DNA of 64,000 nt from an uncultured Gemmatimonadales bacterium. Its GTDB lineage: Bacteria; Gemmatimonadota; Gemmatimonadetes; Longimicrobiales; RSA9. The notes beneath the pieces are model-generated. The model did not search any database. It saw only the letters and a list, made by a program, of their open reading frames with translations, and was not told the origin of the DNA. The position numbers were made by a program, and so were the translations under genes. The DNA lies in contig CAWCRS010000005.1 of the NCBI GenBank assembly GCA_963798085.1, forward strand, positions 384,001 to 448,000, read 5' to 3'. This document shows, one piece after another, positions 35,213 through 57,036 of the stretch; the stretch's first letter is position 1, and each line of letters opens with the position of its first letter.

Positions 35213-35228
35213 TTGCCTTTCCTCACGC

Positions 35229-35768
35229 CTACTTGGCGCCGGCCTTGCCCGCCTTGCGGCGGACCTGCTCGCCCCTATACCGAATGCCCTTGCCCTTGTA
35301 CGGTTCCGGCGGACGCACCGACCGGATCTCCGCCGCCACCTGCCCGACCTTCTGCTTGTCAGCGCCCTCGATCACAATGTTGATCGGAGAAGGCGTGGTG
35401 ATCTTGATCCCCGTCGGCTCCGGGTACTGCACCGGGTGCGAGTAGCCCACGGTCAGCGTCAGCGCCGTGCCCTTCTTCTCCGCCTTGTAGCCCACGCCCA
35501 CGATCTCCAGCGCGCGACTGTACCCGCTCGCCACGCCCGTGACCATGTTGGCGAGCAGCGCCCGCGTCAGGCCGTGCAGGGCGCGGTCGCGTTTGGAATC
35601 GCTGCCGCGCGTGACCAGTATCCGCCCGTCGTCCAGCGCAACGCTCACCTCGGGCCGGAACGTGCGTGCCAATTCGCCCTTCGGCCCCTTCACACGCACA
35701 GTGTTGTCCGTGATCTCGACGGTGACGCCCTTGGGCACAGGCACCGGCTTCTTTCCGATTCGTGACAT
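35229..35768 (-). CDS. rplF: 50S ribosomal protein L6
   Basis: [20 protein letters not shown]. Confidence 0.98.
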   Translation of the reverse strand: MSRIGKKPVPVPKGVTVEITDNTVRVKGPKGELARTFRPEVSVALDDGRILVTRGSDSKRDRALHGLTRALLANMVTGVASGYSRALEIVGVGYKAEKKGTALTLTVGYSHPVQYPEPTGIKITTPSPINIVIEGADKQKVGQVAAEIRSVRPPEPYKGKGIRYRGEQVRRKAGKAGAK

Positions 35769-35777
35769 GCCGCCCCC

Positions 35778-36170
35778 CTACCAGACCAGCGCCATGACCT
35801 CGCCCCCGATATTCCGGGAGCGGGCCTGCCTGTCGGACATCACGCCCTGCGGTGTCGTGACGATCGCGATGCCCAGGCCGCCGCGCACACGCGGCAGGTC
35901 GCGCGCCCCGCGATACAGGCGCCGCCCTGGCCGCGATACGCGGCGGATCGAGCGGATCACGGGTCGTCCCTCGAAGTACCGCAGGTACACGCGCAGCACG
36001 CCGTGCCGCCCGTCGTCCAGCACCTTGTAGTCCTGAATGAAGTGGTTTTCCTTGAGGATGCGCGCGACCTCGGTCTTCAGACGGGAGGTTGGCATGTCCA
36101 CACGTCGCTGCCGCGCGCCGCACGCGTTGCGGATGCGGGTGAGCAGATCCGCAATCGGATCGGTCATCAT
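35778..36170 (-). CDS. rpsH: 30S ribosomal protein S8
   Basis: DPIADLLTRIRN, SRPGRR. Confidence 0.98.
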   Translation of the reverse strand: MMTDPIADLLTRIRNACGARQRRVDMPTSRLKTEVARILKENHFIQDYKVLDDGRHGVLRVYLRYFEGRPVIRSIRRVSRPGRRLYRGARDLPRVRGGLGIAIVTTPQGVMSDRQARSRNIGGEVMALVW

Positions 36171-36237
36171 GATGAGTCTTGCCTCCTAGAGTATCCGGTC
36201 AGGCCGGACTTTTAGGATCAGGGGTCGTTGCGCCGGT

Positions 36238-36423
36238 CTACCAGCTCGCCTTGCGCACGCCCGGGATCTCGCCATTCAGCGACATCTCCCGGAAACGAAT
36301 GCGGCAGAGGCCGAACTTCCGCAGAAATGCGCGCGGCCGGCCGCAGCGCGTGCAGCGGTGCCGCACGCGCACGCCGAACTTGGGCTTGGCCCGCGACTTC
36401 TCGATCAGTGCCTTCCTCGCCAT
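36238..36423 (-). CDS. rpsN: 30S ribosomal protein S14 (short zinc-type family)
   Basis: 61 aa; RCTRCGRPR...[11 protein letters not shown]. Confidence 0.96.
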   Translation of the reverse strand: MARKALIEKSRAKPKFGVRVRHRCTRCGRPRAFLRKFGLCRIRFREMSLNGEIPGVRKASW

Positions 36424-36452
36424 GTCTTCCTCGATCTCCGTCCGGCCGCCGA

Positions 36453-37022
36453 CTACTCGGCGGCCAGCAGCACGGGCGTCTCGCCGCGGAAGGGCATGCC
36501 CATCTCGCGCAGCAGTGCTAACGCCTCATTATCCTTCTTCGTGGACGTCACCATCACGATGTCCATCCCGTGGACCTTCTCCACCTTGTCGTAGTCGATC
36601 TCGGGGAAGATCATCTGTTCCTTGATGCCCAGCGTGTAGTTGCCGCGGCCATCGAAGGAACGCGTGGGCACACCGCGAAAGTCGCGCACGCGCGGCAGCG
36701 CCACGTTGATCAGGCGGTCCAGGAACTCGTACATGCGCGGGCCGCGCAGCGTCACGCTGACGCCCACGGGCTGGCCCTCGCGCAGCGCGAAGTTGGATAT
36801 CGACTTCCTCGCGCGCGTGATCAGCGGCTTCTGACCCGTGATGGCGCCGATCTCGGCGGCCACCGAGTCCAGCAGCTTGGCGTTGCTCTTGCCCTCACCC
36901 AGGCCCACGTTCACCACCACCTTCTCGATACGCGGGATCTGGAACGGATTGCCGAACCCGAACTCCTCTGCCAGCCGGTTGCGCACGCGCTCTTCGTAGT
37001 AGGCCTGCAGCCGTGGTTTCAT
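36453..37022 (-). CDS. rplE: 50S ribosomal protein L5
   Basis: [20 protein letters not shown]. Confidence 0.98.
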   Translation of the reverse strand: MKPRLQAYYEERVRNRLAEEFGFGNPFQIPRIEKVVVNVGLGEGKSNAKLLDSVAAEIGAITGQKPLITRARKSISNFALREGQPVGVSVTLRGPRMYEFLDRLINVALPRVRDFRGVPTRSFDGRGNYTLGIKEQMIFPEIDYDKVEKVHGMDIVMVTSTKKDNEALALLREMGMPFRGETPVLLAAE

Positions 37023-37034
37023 TGCGTTGCTCCG

Positions 37035-37421
37035 CTAACTGCGTGTAACCGGAATGGCGTTGCCACTCCGCACGCTGATCCGTTCCGTGCGACCGTCCTT
37101 GTCCTTGTGCCGCCGCACCCGTGTCGGATCGCCCGTGGCCGGATCGATCAGCATCACGTTGGACGCATGGATCGGCGCTTCGAACGTGACGATGCCGCCT
37201 TCCGGGTTGGCCTGTGACGGCCGCATGTGCCGCTTGCGCATGTTGACGCCCTCGACCACCACGCGGTTCTGCGACGGCACTGCGCTCAGGACCCTGCCTT
37301 CGCGGCCGGCGAACGCGCCGCGGATGATGCGCACCTTGTCACCCTTGCGCACGTGCATCTTGCGCACGCCCTCGCGCGGCTTCCTGCGCGCGCCGCCGCC
37401 GCCGATCGTCTGTCTCGGCAT
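37035..37421 (-). CDS. rplX: 50S ribosomal protein L24 (start could be the internal MHVRKG)
   Basis: KOW motif [24 protein letters not shown]. Confidence 0.95.
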   Translation of the reverse strand: MPRQTIGGGGARRKPREGVRKMHVRKGDKVRIIRGAFAGREGRVLSAVPSQNRVVVEGVNMRKRHMRPSQANPEGGIVTFEAPIHASNVMLIDPATGDPTRVRRHKDKDGRTERISVRSGNAIPVTRS

Positions 37422-37789
37422 CAGATCACCTCCGGCGCCAGCGAGACGATCTTCATGAACTTCTTCTCGCGCAGCTCCCGCCCCACCGGACCGAAGATGC
37501 GCGTGGCCTTGGGCTCGCCTGCCTCGTTGATGATCACGGCCGCGTTGTCATCGAAGCGGATGTAGGAGCCATCGCGACGACGCACTTCCTTGGCTGTGCG
37601 CACCACCACTGCCTTGGCCACCTCACCCTTCTTCACGGTACCATTGGGCAGCGCATCCTTGATAGTGACAACGATCACGTCGCCCACGGACGCGTAGCGC
37701 CGGCCCGACCCGCCCAGCACGCGGATGCACAACGCCTCCTTGGCGCCGGAATTGTCCGCGATCTTCAGTATGGTTTCCTGCTGGATCAT
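37421..37789 (-). CDS. rplN: 50S ribosomal protein L14
   Basis: [21 protein letters not shown]. Confidence 0.98.
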   Translation of the reverse strand: MIQQETILKIADNSGAKEALCIRVLGGSGRRYASVGDVIVVTIKDALPNGTVKKGEVAKAVVVRTAKEVRRRDGSYIRFDDNAAVIINEAGEPKATRIFGPVGRELREKKFMKIVSLAPEVI

Positions 37790-37796
37790 GGTTGCC

Positions 37797-38066
37797 TCAC
37801 TTCGCCTGGCGCAGGACTTCGATCACACGCCAGCGCTTCAGCTTGGAGAGCGGCCGCGTCTCTGCGATGCGCACCAGGTCACCCTCGTGCGCTTCGCCCT
37901 GCTCGTCGTGCGCGTAGTAGCGATGCGTGTGCGCCACCTGCTTGCCGTAGAGCGGGTGTGCGACGCGGCGTTCCACCACCACGACCACCGTCTTCTGCTG
38001 CTTGTCGCTCGTCACGCGCCCCACGCGGGTCTTGCGCGTGCCCCTCGACTTTTCCATGTCAGCCAT
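37797..38066 (-). CDS. rpsQ: 30S ribosomal protein S17
   Basis: [17 protein letters not shown]. Confidence 0.97.
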   Translation of the reverse strand: MADMEKSRGTRKTRVGRVTSDKQQKTVVVVVERRVAHPLYGKQVAHTHRYYAHDEQGEAHEGDLVRIAETRPLSKLKRWRVIEVLRQAK

Positions 38067-38256
38067 TCTTCGACTCCCGCTCGCGCAGGATCGTGTTCAT
38101 GCGCGCCACGTCGCGGCGCAGCTTGCGCAGCAGCGACGGGTTCTCCAGCTCCTGCGTGGCACTGCGGAAGCGCAGGCGGAACAGCTCTTCGCTGGTCTGT
38201 GCGATCTGTTCGCGAACCTCGACATCGGTCAGGTCCCGGATTTCGTCCGCCCTCAC
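38059..38256 (-). CDS. rpmC: 50S ribosomal protein L29
   Basis: GTG start; ELFRLRF...[12 protein letters not shown]. Confidence 0.93.
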   Translation of the reverse strand: MRADEIRDLTDVEVREQIAQTSEELFRLRFRSATQELENPSLLRKLRRDVARMNTILRERESKNG

Positions 38257-38681
38257 GACTTCTTCTCCTCGGCCCGGTGGCTCGTCACCATCTTCGACTT
38301 TACCGGCAGCTTGGCGGCAGCCAGTGCGAACGCCTTGCGTGCAATGTCCGCCGCAATGCCCTCCACCTCGAACATGACGCGCCCGGGCTTGACCACGGCC
38401 ACCCACATTTCCGGGTTGCCCTTGCCCTTCCCCATGCGCGTTTCCGCCGGCTTCTTGGTGACCGGTTTGTCCGGGAAGATGCGGATCCACACCTTGCCGC
38501 CACGCTTGATGTGGCGCGTCAAGGCGACGCGGGCCGCTTCGATCTGCCGGTTCGTGACCCAGCCCGGCTCGAGCGATTGCAGACCGTAGTCACCGAACGC
38601 CAGCGTGTTGCCGCGCGTCGCCATGCCGCGCATGCGGCCCTTCTGCTGCTTACGGTACTTGACTCTTTTCGGCGCCAGCAT
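38253..38681 (-). CDS. rplP: 50S ribosomal protein L16
   Basis: [18 protein letters not shown]. Confidence 0.98.
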   Translation of the reverse strand: MLAPKRVKYRKQQKGRMRGMATRGNTLAFGDYGLQSLEPGWVTNRQIEAARVALTRHIKRGGKVWIRIFPDKPVTKKPAETRMGKGKGNPEMWVAVVKPGRVMFEVEGIAADIARKAFALAAAKLPVKSKMVTSHRAEEKKS

Positions 38682-38693
38682 CTCGCGTCCTCG

Positions 38694-39353
38694 TCACATC
38701 CCTGTCGAGTAGGTCCGCCCGCGGCGGTCCTCGACCACTTCGCCCTTGAATATCCAGACCTTGACCCCGATCGTGCCGTACGTCGTCTTGGCCGTGGACC
38801 GTGCATAGTCAATGTCCGCGCGAATCGTGTGCAGCGGCACGCGACCCTCGTGATAACCTTCTGTTCGCGCGATTTCTGCACCACCCAGGCGCCCGCTCAC
38901 CTTGACGCGGATGCCATCCGCGCCCGAGCGCATCGCCCCCTGCACCGCGCGCTTCATGGCGCGGCGGAAGGAAACCCGCTGCTGCAGCTGATGCGCGATG
39001 TTGTCGGCCACCAGCTGTGATTCCACTTCCGGCCGCTTGATCTCTTCCACATTGATGGCGACCTCGCTCTTGGTGAGGTGCGCCAGTTCGTCACGCAGCT
39101 TGTCCACTTCCGCACCCTGCTTGCCGATCACCACGCCCGGCCTCGCCGTGTGGATGGTGACCACGATCTTCTGCGGCTTGCGCTCGATCTCCACTTCCGC
39201 GAGCGCCGCATGCGCGAGGCGCTGGTGCAGGTATTTGCGGATCGTCTCGTCTTCACGCAGCATCGCGCCGAACGTGCGCTCCGCGTACCAGCGCGACCGC
39301 CACGGCTTGATGACGCCCAGACGGAAACCGCGCGGGTGCGTCTTCTGTCCCAT
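38694..39353 (-). CDS. rpsC: 30S ribosomal protein S3
   Basis: [23 protein letters not shown]. Confidence 0.98.
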   Translation of the reverse strand: MGQKTHPRGFRLGVIKPWRSRWYAERTFGAMLREDETIRKYLHQRLAHAALAEVEIERKPQKIVVTIHTARPGVVIGKQGAEVDKLRDELAHLTKSEVAINVEEIKRPEVESQLVADNIAHQLQQRVSFRRAMKRAVQGAMRSGADGIRVKVSGRLGGAEIARTEGYHEGRVPLHTIRADIDYARSTAKTTYGTIGVKVWIFKGEVVEDRRGRTYSTGM

Positions 39354-39355
39354 GC

Positions 39356-39706
39356 CTACTCCTTCCGGTCCACGACGATGATCACATGCGACGTCGGACG
39401 CCGGATCGGCGCCGCCCGTCCCATGGCGGCGGCGCGCCAGCGCTTGAGCCGCGGACCCCCATTGATGAAGGCGGCCTTCACGTAGAGTTCATCCACGTCG
39501 ACCGGCTCGCCCTGGTTCTCCGACTTGACGCGCGCATTCGCCACCGCCGAGCGCAGCGTCTTGTCGATGCACTCCGCCGCGCGCCGATTGGAGAACTGCA
39601 GAATGGCGTACGCCTCGTTGACGGCGCGGCCGCGGATCTGATCCACGACCTGCCGCATCTTGCGCGGACTCTGCCGGTTGTGTCGCGATTCAGCCCTGGC
39701 TTCCAT
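39356..39706 (-). CDS. rplV: 50S ribosomal protein L22
   Basis: [19 protein letters not shown]. Confidence 0.97.
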   Translation of the reverse strand: MEARAESRHNRQSPRKMRQVVDQIRGRAVNEAYAILQFSNRRAAECIDKTLRSAVANARVKSENQGEPVDVDELYVKAAFINGGPRLKRWRAAAMGRAAPIRRPTSHVIIVVDRKE

Positions 39707-39712
39707 GCGGCC

Positions 39713-40003
39713 TCACTTCACCTTGGCTTTCTTGTCCGAACTCAGCTTGCCGCCGTGGCCGCGGAACAGTCGCGTGGGCGCGAATTCGCCCAGCTTGTGG
39801 CCCACCATGTTCTCCGAGATGTAGACCGGAATGAACTTGTTGCCATTGTGCACGGCCAGCGTGTGACCCACGAACTCGGGCGAAATCGTGGACGCACGCG
39901 CCCACGTCTTCACCACACGCTTCTCGTTCCGGCTGTTCATGATGCGAATCCGGTCCTGCAGCTTCACATCGATGAACGGGCCCTTCTTCGTTGATCGGCT
40001 CAT
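39713..40003 (-). CDS. rpsS: 30S ribosomal protein S19
   Basis: [16 protein letters not shown]. Confidence 0.98.
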   Translation of the reverse strand: MSRSTKKGPFIDVKLQDRIRIMNSRNEKRVVKTWARASTISPEFVGHTLAVHNGNKFIPVYISENMVGHKLGEFAPTRLFRGHGGKLSSDKKAKVK

Positions 40004-40037
40004 GTCGTTCCCGAACGGCGGTCTCTGTGGTCCTGGC

Positions 40038-40883
40038 TCATGAACCGCCCGTCGCCTTCCCGCGACGGCGTCCCCTGACGATGTACTGGTTCGACTGCTT
40101 CTTGTGCGCGCGCGTCTTCACGCCCTCGGGTTTGCCCCAGGGCGAGCAGGCCGGCCGACCGCCGGAGGACTTGCCCTCGCCACCACCCAGCGGGTGATCG
40201 ACCGGGTTCATGGCCACGCCGCGCACCTTGGGCCGCTTGCCCCGCCAGCGCGACGCCCCTGCCTTGCCGATGACCTGCAGCTCGTGGTCGGTGTTGCCCA
40301 CTTCGCCGATCGTCGCCAGACAGCGGCGCAGCACCATGCGCACTTCTGTCGAGGGCAGGCGCAAGGTCACATACTCGCCTTCCTTGGCCACGACCTGCGC
40401 GGAATTGCCGGCCGAGCGCACGATCTGGCCACCCTTGCCCGGCTTCAGCTCGATGTTGTGCACCACCGTGCCCAGCGGCACCTCGCCCAGCGGCACGCAG
40501 TTGCCCACGCGAATGTCGGAGCCCGGCCCGCTCACCACCGAATCGCCCTTCACCAGGCCACGCGGGTGCAGGATGTAGCGCTTCTCGCCATCCGCATAGT
40601 GGATCAAGGCGATGTTGGCCGAGCGGTTGGGATCGTATTCGATCTCGGCCACGCGCCCCACGACGCCGAACTTGTCGCGCCGGAAATCAATGCGCCGGTA
40701 GAGGCGGCGCGCACCCCCACCGCGGCGCCGCGAGGTGACGCGCCCGTGATGGTTGCGCCCGCCGCTCTTGCTCAGCGGCTCGAGCAGCGACGCCTCGGCT
40801 CCCTGGCGCGTGATCTCCTCGTAGTGCGAGACCAGCCGGAACCGCGTGCCGGGTGTAACCGGCTTGAATTTCTTGGTCGGCAT
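40038..40883 (-). CDS. rplB: 50S ribosomal protein L2
   Basis: [25 protein letters not shown]. Confidence 0.98.
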   Translation of the reverse strand: MPTKKFKPVTPGTRFRLVSHYEEITRQGAEASLLEPLSKSGGRNHHGRVTSRRRGGGARRLYRRIDFRRDKFGVVGRVAEIEYDPNRSANIALIHYADGEKRYILHPRGLVKGDSVVSGPGSDIRVGNCVPLGEVPLGTVVHNIELKPGKGGQIVRSAGNSAQVVAKEGEYVTLRLPSTEVRMVLRRCLATIGEVGNTDHELQVIGKAGASRWRGKRPKVRGVAMNPVDHPLGGGEGKSSGGRPACSPWGKPEGVKTRAHKKQSNQYIVRGRRRGKATGGS

Positions 40884-40917
40884 AACCGTCTGTTATGAAG
40901 CCATGAGGGCCGTCATG

Positions 40918-41208
40918 CTACACGCCCTCGTACACATCAATGGAATCGCCTTCCGCCAGGCGCACCACCGCCTTCTTGTAGGCCGGACGCCGGCCCAGGC
41001 TGCGTCCCACGCGGCGCCACTTGCCCTGGTAATTCGCCGTGCGCACCGTCTCCACGCGCACGCCGAACAGCTGCTGCACCGCGTTGCGGATCTCCAGCTT
41101 GTTGGCGGCGCGCGCCACAATGAACGTGTAGGTGCGCATGGTTTCCTGCATGGCGGCCGAACCCTCGGTTACGACCGGCCGCAGGATCACGCTGCGGGGA
41201 TCACGCAT
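40918..41208 (-). CDS. rplW: 50S ribosomal protein L23
   Basis: PVVTE, ANKLEIR, KKAVVRL. Confidence 0.96.
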   Translation of the reverse strand: MRDPRSVILRPVVTEGSAAMQETMRTYTFIVARAANKLEIRNAVQQLFGVRVETVRTANYQGKWRRVGRSLGRRPAYKKAVVRLAEGDSIDVYEGV

Positions 41209-41830
41209 GCGCCACCTCCGCGGCCCTCTCCAGGGCGCCCACTTCGATGATCACACTGTCCGCCCACAGCACATCGTACGTCGACTCCTCGCCGAAGGGC
41301 CGTACCTCGAGACCGACCACGTTGCGCGCCGAACGGTGCACCAGCGGCTGGTGGCCGTCGGTCAGTAACAGCACGTTACCGGTCGCCCCGGTCGCCTTGA
41401 GCACCGTGACCAGGCGCTTCGTCCCGGGCGCATCCATGCGGATGCTGTCGATGAGCAGCACACTGTTGTCCTGCGCCCGCGCATTGTACGCCGAGCGGCG
41501 CGCCAGCCAGCGCACCTGCTTGGGCAGATCCTGCTTGTAATTGCGGCCCGGGCGCGGCCCGAACACCACGCCGCCGCCCCGCCAGTGCGGGGAGCGGATG
41601 GAACCCTGGCGCGCGCGGCCCGTGCCCTTCTGCCGCCACGGCTTCTTGTTGCCGCCCGAAACTTCGGCGCGCGTCTTGGTGGAGGCCGTCGCCTGTCGCT
41701 GATTCGACAGGTACGCCTTCACCGCCTGCCACATGGCCGCCTCGTGCACCACACCATCGAACAGCGTGTCAGGCAGCTCGCGCTCGCCCGACTTCTGCCC
41801 GTCAGTGTCATAAACCGGTGCCTTGAACAT
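41201..41830 (-). CDS. rplD: 50S ribosomal protein L4
   Basis: [15 protein letters not shown]. Confidence 0.98.
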   Translation of the reverse strand: MFKAPVYDTDGQKSGERELPDTLFDGVVHEAAMWQAVKAYLSNQRQATASTKTRAEVSGGNKKPWRQKGTGRARQGSIRSPHWRGGGVVFGPRPGRNYKQDLPKQVRWLARRSAYNARAQDNSVLLIDSIRMDAPGTKRLVTVLKATGATGNVLLLTDGHQPLVHRSARNVVGLEVRPFGEESTYDVLWADSVIIEVGALERAAEVAHA

Positions 41831-41918
41831 CGTGTCTGCTCCGTTCTCCCCGGCGTCCGGGGTCGGAACCGTCGCGCCGGCGACGCCGTGCTTCCGGCGA
41901 CCGCCGCGCCCTCCGGTC

Positions 41919-42551
41919 TCAGCCCTGGGCCTCCATCTTCCGGATCACGACCAGGCTGTTGCGTGCGCCTGGCACTCCACCCCGCACGAAAATCAGGTTG
42001 CGCTCCGCGTCCACACGCTCGACGCGCACGTTGCGCATTGTGTGCTGCCGGTCCCCCATGTGTCCGGGCATCTTCTTGCCCTTGATGGTGCGGGACGGAT
42101 TGGTGCCCGGTCCCAGGGTCCCCGGATTGCGCTTCTTCGGGTGTCCGTGCGACGCGGGCCGGCCCCGGAATCCGTGGCGCTTCACCACGCCCTGGAAGCC
42201 GCGTCCCTTCGTCGTCCCCACGACCTTGATGCGGTCGCCTTCCGCGAATTGCGCCACTGTCAGGCTCTGACCGACCGTCACGTCGGGCGGAGCTGTCAGC
42301 CGGATCTCGCGCAGCGTGCGGGGCGCGTACTCCAGGCCCGCCTTGCGCACGTGCCCGAGCTCCGCCCTGGGAGAGCGCGCCGGCTTGCGGGCACCGAACG
42401 CGACCTGCACCGCGTCGTACCCATCACTGTCGCGCGTCTTCACCTGCGTCACCGGGCAGGGACCCGCTTCGATCACGGTCACCGGCACGGCTGCGCCCGA
42501 TGCACCGAAGATCTGGGTCATGCCAATCTTGCGTCCGATCAGTCCCGCCAT
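41919..42551 (-). CDS. rplC: 50S ribosomal protein L3
   Basis: [29 protein letters not shown]. Confidence 0.98.
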   Translation of the reverse strand: MAGLIGRKIGMTQIFGASGAAVPVTVIEAGPCPVTQVKTRDSDGYDAVQVAFGARKPARSPRAELGHVRKAGLEYAPRTLREIRLTAPPDVTVGQSLTVAQFAEGDRIKVVGTTKGRGFQGVVKRHGFRGRPASHGHPKKRNPGTLGPGTNPSRTIKGKKMPGHMGDRQHTMRNVRVERVDAERNLIFVRGGVPGARNSLVVIRKMEAQG

Positions 42552-42580
42552 ATCTCGCCTGATCCCGTTGCCGCTACTCG

Positions 42581-42889
42581 TCAGTCGACCTTGATCTCGA
42601 CGTCTACACCCGCCGGCAGATCCAGCTTGGTCAGCGCATCAATGGTCTGCGGCCGTGAGTCGATGATGTCGATCACGCGCTTGTGCGTCTTCAGCTCGAA
42701 CTGCTCGCGACTCTTCTTGTCAATGTGCGGAGAACGCAGCACGGTCCAGCGCTGCACCCGCGTGGGCAGCGGAATCGGCCCGCTGATGCGGGCGCCCGTC
42801 TTCTCGGCGGTGCGCACTATGTCCGACGCAGTCTGGTCAATCACCGCGTGGTCGAACGCCTTCAGTCGGATCCTGATCTTGCCGGCCAT
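42581..42889 (-). CDS. rpsJ: 30S ribosomal protein S10
   Basis: [23 protein letters not shown]. Confidence 0.98.
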   Translation of the reverse strand: MAGKIRIRLKAFDHAVIDQTASDIVRTAEKTGARISGPIPLPTRVQRWTVLRSPHIDKKSREQFELKTHKRVIDIIDSRPQTIDALTKLDLPAGVDVEIKVD

Positions 42890-42931
42890 GTTCCCCTAAC
42901 AGATCGATAGCATTGTTGCGTGAAACCTCGA

Positions 42932-44215
42932 ACCGCGTTACTGGGGCTCGGGCTGGTTGCTGGGGAACTGCTGAACTGCCACCGCAAAACCAGCTCCTGC
43001 GCCCTTGCCCGTTGCCGCTTACAGCACCACCTCGGTCACGACGCCGGCGCCTACCGTGCGGCCGCCCTCGCGGATCGCAAAGCGCAGCTCCTTCTCCATC
43101 GCGATCGGCATGATCAGCTCGATCTCCATCTGCACGTTGTCGCCCGGCATCACCATCTCCACTCCCGCCGGCAGCTGCACCGCCCCCGTCACGTCCGTCG
43201 TCCGAAAATAGAACTGCGGCCGGTACCCATTGAAAAACGGCGTGTGCCGGCCCCCTTCTTCCTTCGTCAGCACGTACACTTCCGCCTTGAACTTCGTGTG
43301 CGGCGTGATCGATCCCGGCTTCGCCAGCACCATCCCCCGCTCGATCTCTTCCTTCCCCACCCCGCGCAGCAGCAGCCCCACATTGTCCCCCGCAAACCCC
43401 TCGTCCAGCAGCTTGCGGAACATCTCCACCCCCGTCACTACCGCCTTCTTCGCCGCCCCAAGCCCCACCATCTCCACCTCATCCCCCACCTTCACCTTCC
43501 CCCGCTCGATCCGACCCGTCGCCACCGTCCCACGACCCGTGATGCTGAACACATCCTCCACCGGCATCAGGAACGGCTTGTCCGTCTCCCGCACCGGCTC
43601 CGGGATATAGCTGTCAATCGCATCCATCAATTCCCCGATCTTCTTCCCCCACTCGCTCTCCGGGTCCCCGCTCTCCAGCGCCTTCAGCGCGCTCCCCCGG
43701 ATCACCGGCGTGTCGTCCCCCGGAAAATCGTACTCCGACAACAGCTCCCGTACTTCCAGCTCCACCAGGTCGATCAGCTCCGGGTCGTCCACCGCATCGC
43801 ACTTGTTCAGGTATACCACCACGTACGGCACATTCACCTGCCGCGCCAGCAGTATGTGCTCCCGCGTCTGCGGCATCGGCCCATCCGCCGCACTCACCAC
43901 CAGTATCGCCCCGTCCATCTGCGCCGCACCCGTGATCATGTTCTTCACATAATCCGCGTGCCCCGGACAGTCCACGTGCGCGTAGTGCCGGTGCACCGTC
44001 TGATACTCCACGTGCGCCGTCGCGATCGTGATCCCCCGCTCCCGCTCCTCCGGCGCCTTGTCAATGTTGTCGAACGACACAAAGTCCGCCAACCCCTTCT
44101 TCGACTGGATCAGCGTGATCGCCGCCGTCAACGTCGTCTTCCCGTGGTCCACATGCCCGATCGTCCCCACGTTCACGTGCGGCTTCGTCCGCTCAAACTT
44201 CGCCTTCGCCATGTC
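42932..44215. repeat. Copy 1 of a 1284-bp direct repeat (tuf plus 87 bp of 3' flank)
   Basis: Matches 59780-61063 at an offset of 16,848 bp. All spot-checked lines and the alternative-frame ORF translations are identical. Confidence 0.9.
43019..44212 (-). CDS. tuf: Elongation factor Tu (str-operon copy)
   Basis: [20 protein letters not shown]. Confidence 0.99.
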   Translation of the reverse strand: MAKAKFERTKPHVNVGTIGHVDHGKTTLTAAITLIQSKKGLADFVSFDNIDKAPEERERGITIATAHVEYQTVHRHYAHVDCPGHADYVKNMITGAAQMDGAILVVSAADGPMPQTREHILLARQVNVPYVVVYLNKCDAVDDPELIDLVELEVRELLSEYDFPGDDTPVIRGSALKALESGDPESEWGKKIGELMDAIDSYIPEPVRETDKPFLMPVEDVFSITGRGTVATGRIERGKVKVGDEVEMVGLGAAKKAVVTGVEMFRKLLDEGFAGDNVGLLLRGVGKEEIERGMVLAKPGSITPHTKFKAEVYVLTKEEGGRHTPFFNGYRPQFYFRTTDVTGAVQLPAGVEMVMPGDNVQMEIELIMPIAMEKELRFAIREGGRTVGAGVVTEVVL

Positions 44216-44304
44216 CTTTTCTCCGCGCCCTCGAATTTCCGCTCAACTGCGATTCCGTTTTCCGGGCCTGGTTCTGCGTGCGACCAGCAACCCGCAACGA
44301 CGTG

Positions 44305-46401
<2,097 letters not shown>

Positions 46402-46411
46402 AGCGATTATG

Positions 46412-46537
46412 GTTTCTGGGGCTCGGGCTGGGGCTGGGGAACGGAAGCACCGTTCCTGCACCCTTGCCGCACCTCCAGACCCCTCATTTCCTCAATTCAG
46501 TTCCCCAGCAACCAGCCCGGGCCCCAGCCCCAGAAAC
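46412..46537. repeat. Imperfect inverted-repeat element between rpsG and fusA (full copy of the repeat family)
   Basis: gtttctggggctcgggctggggctggggaac ... gttccccagcaaccagcccgggccccagccccagaaac. Confidence 0.75.
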
Positions 46538-46565
46538 GCTTTTTCAGGCCACCGAGCCCACGCAC

Positions 46566-47036
46566 CTACCAACGGTAATGGGCAAACGCCTTGTTTGCCT
46601 CCGCCATGCGGTGCGTGTCTTCCTTCTTCTTGATGGTATTGCCTTCGTTCTTGCTGGCCGCCACCAGCTCGTTCGCCAGGCGGTCCGCCATGGTTTTGTC
46701 GCCGCGCTCACGCGAGTAGCTGACCAGCCATTTCATGGCCAGTGAGTTGCGCCGTTCCTGGCGCACTTCCACCGGCACCTGGTAGGTCGCGCCGCCTACG
46801 CGCCGGCTCTTCACTTCCAGCACCGGCTTGGCGTTGTTGAGCGCCTGCTTGAACACGTTCATCGCGGGCTGGCCGGTCTTCTCCTCGATGATGCGCATCG
46901 CCTCGTAGAAGATGCCCTCGGCCGTCGATTTCTTGCCGTCCAGCATGAGCGTGTTGATGAACTTGGTCACGGTCGTCGATCCGTAGCGCGGATCGGCCGG
47001 TGTCTCGCGCTTGATGGCGCTCTGGCGTCGGCTCAT
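46566..47036 (-). CDS. rpsG: 30S ribosomal protein S7
   Basis: [27 protein letters not shown]. Confidence 0.98.
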   Translation of the reverse strand: MSRRQSAIKRETPADPRYGSTTVTKFINTLMLDGKKSTAEGIFYEAMRIIEEKTGQPAMNVFKQALNNAKPVLEVKSRRVGGATYQVPVEVRQERRNSLAMKWLVSYSRERGDKTMADRLANELVAASKNEGNTIKKKEDTHRMAEANKAFAHYRW

Positions 47037-47041
47037 GGTGT

Positions 47042-47413
<372 letters not shown>

Positions 47414-47449
47414 TCGCCTTCCTGATTGCCTCGTGGGTGATGCCGGTCG

Positions 47450-47485
47450 AAAAAAGGCGGGGACGCACCCACCGGGGGTCCCCGC
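47450..47485 (-). terminator. Terminator-like hairpin plus U-tract inside the rpsL 5' leader
   Basis: Minus strand: GCGGGGAC...GTCCCCGC-CTTTTTT. Confidence 0.55.
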
Positions 47486-47560
47486 GCGGCCGGAAGAGGT
47501 TGGCTCTTGCCGGGCGCATTGCCGGTAAGCCGAACATTCCATTTGGCCAACAGACTTGGA

Positions 47561-47589
47561 AACTTAGAGGCGGTCGCCGGATCCGTCAA
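47561..47589 (-). promoter_or_regulatory. Putative sigma70 promoter of the str operon
   Basis: TTGACG-N17-TAAGTT on the minus strand. Confidence 0.65.
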
Positions 47590-47713
47590 CCCACCGAACT
47601 GGAATGACTTCCTGTTCGGCGAGCAGGTTGTTGGCGAGGGTGGCGGAAACAGAAGCGGCCGGGTCGGGTGGGCGGCTTGCGCGCCCCACCCGAACCGGCC
47701 GCTCCGGAGCGGC

Positions 47714-52043
<4,330 letters not shown>

Positions 52044-52139
52044 CTTTTTTCAACCCTTCCGGCTATTGCCGTTGCAGCACTAACGCTGCGTTTGCGGGCC
52101 CAGTACGAAACAGAGACGTTTCCGGGGCATTGCCAGACC

Positions 52140-56377
<4,238 letters not shown>

Positions 56378-56419
56378 GAGGATCACCCTCCTCGAGCCCG
56401 GACCTGTCCGGGCATAAGC

Positions 56420-56457
56420 ACAGAAACCCCCGGCCGCCCGCTTGGCGGCGGGGTCGC
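56420..56457 (-). terminator. Terminator/attenuator-like hairpin between rplL and rpoB
   Basis: Minus strand: ACCCCGCCGCC-AAGCG-GGCGGCCGGGGGT-TTCTG. Confidence 0.45.
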
Positions 56458-56604
56458 TATGAGATCTCGAATGTTGTGTGCGGCTCGCTCGGAGCATGGG
56501 CACTCTCGCCGAACTGAAGTACGTCTCCGCTAACTTCCGCGGCCGGCGGGTTCCGGGTACTGACCCGGCGACCCTCGAGTTCCGGCCGCGGACCCGGCGG
56601 GGAC

Positions 56605-56985
56605 CTACTTCAGCTCGACGGTCGCACCCTGCTCTTCCAGTTTGGCCTTGACCTGCTCGGCCTCCTGCTTGCTCACGCCTTCCTTCACCGCCTTGGGCGG
56701 ATTGTCCACCAGGTCCTTGGCCTCCTTGAGGCCCAGGCTGGTAACTTCGCGGACCACCTTGATGACCTGGATCTTCTTGGCGCCCGCTTCCTTGAGGACG
56801 ACGTCGAACTCCGTCTGTTCCTCGACCGCAGCGGCCGCTGCACCACCGCCAGCCGGCGCGCCTGCTGCGGGCGCCGCCACCACGGCGGTAACATTGAATT
56901 TTGTCTTGAACGCTTCTACGAACTCCGCCAGCTCCAGGACGGTCATGTTGCCAATGGTCTCGAGCAGTTCTTCGGTCTTCGCCAT
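56605..56985 (-). CDS. rplL: 50S ribosomal protein L7/L12
   Basis: [18 protein letters not shown]. Confidence 0.98.
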   Translation of the reverse strand: MAKTEELLETIGNMTVLELAEFVEAFKTKFNVTAVVAAPAAGAPAGGGAAAAAVEEQTEFDVVLKEAGAKKIQVIKVVREVTSLGLKEAKDLVDNPPKAVKEGVSKQEAEQVKAKLEEQGATVELK

Positions 56986-57036
56986 GGTCGCTTCTTCCCT
57001 GTGCTCCGCAGTGAGTGATTACCGTCCCCGACGTGT

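Noticed and set aside
56378..56604. Hairpins in the rplL-rpoB spacer as a novel RNA
   Set aside because: An attenuator at this position is already known in other bacteria, so it is listed as a feature only.
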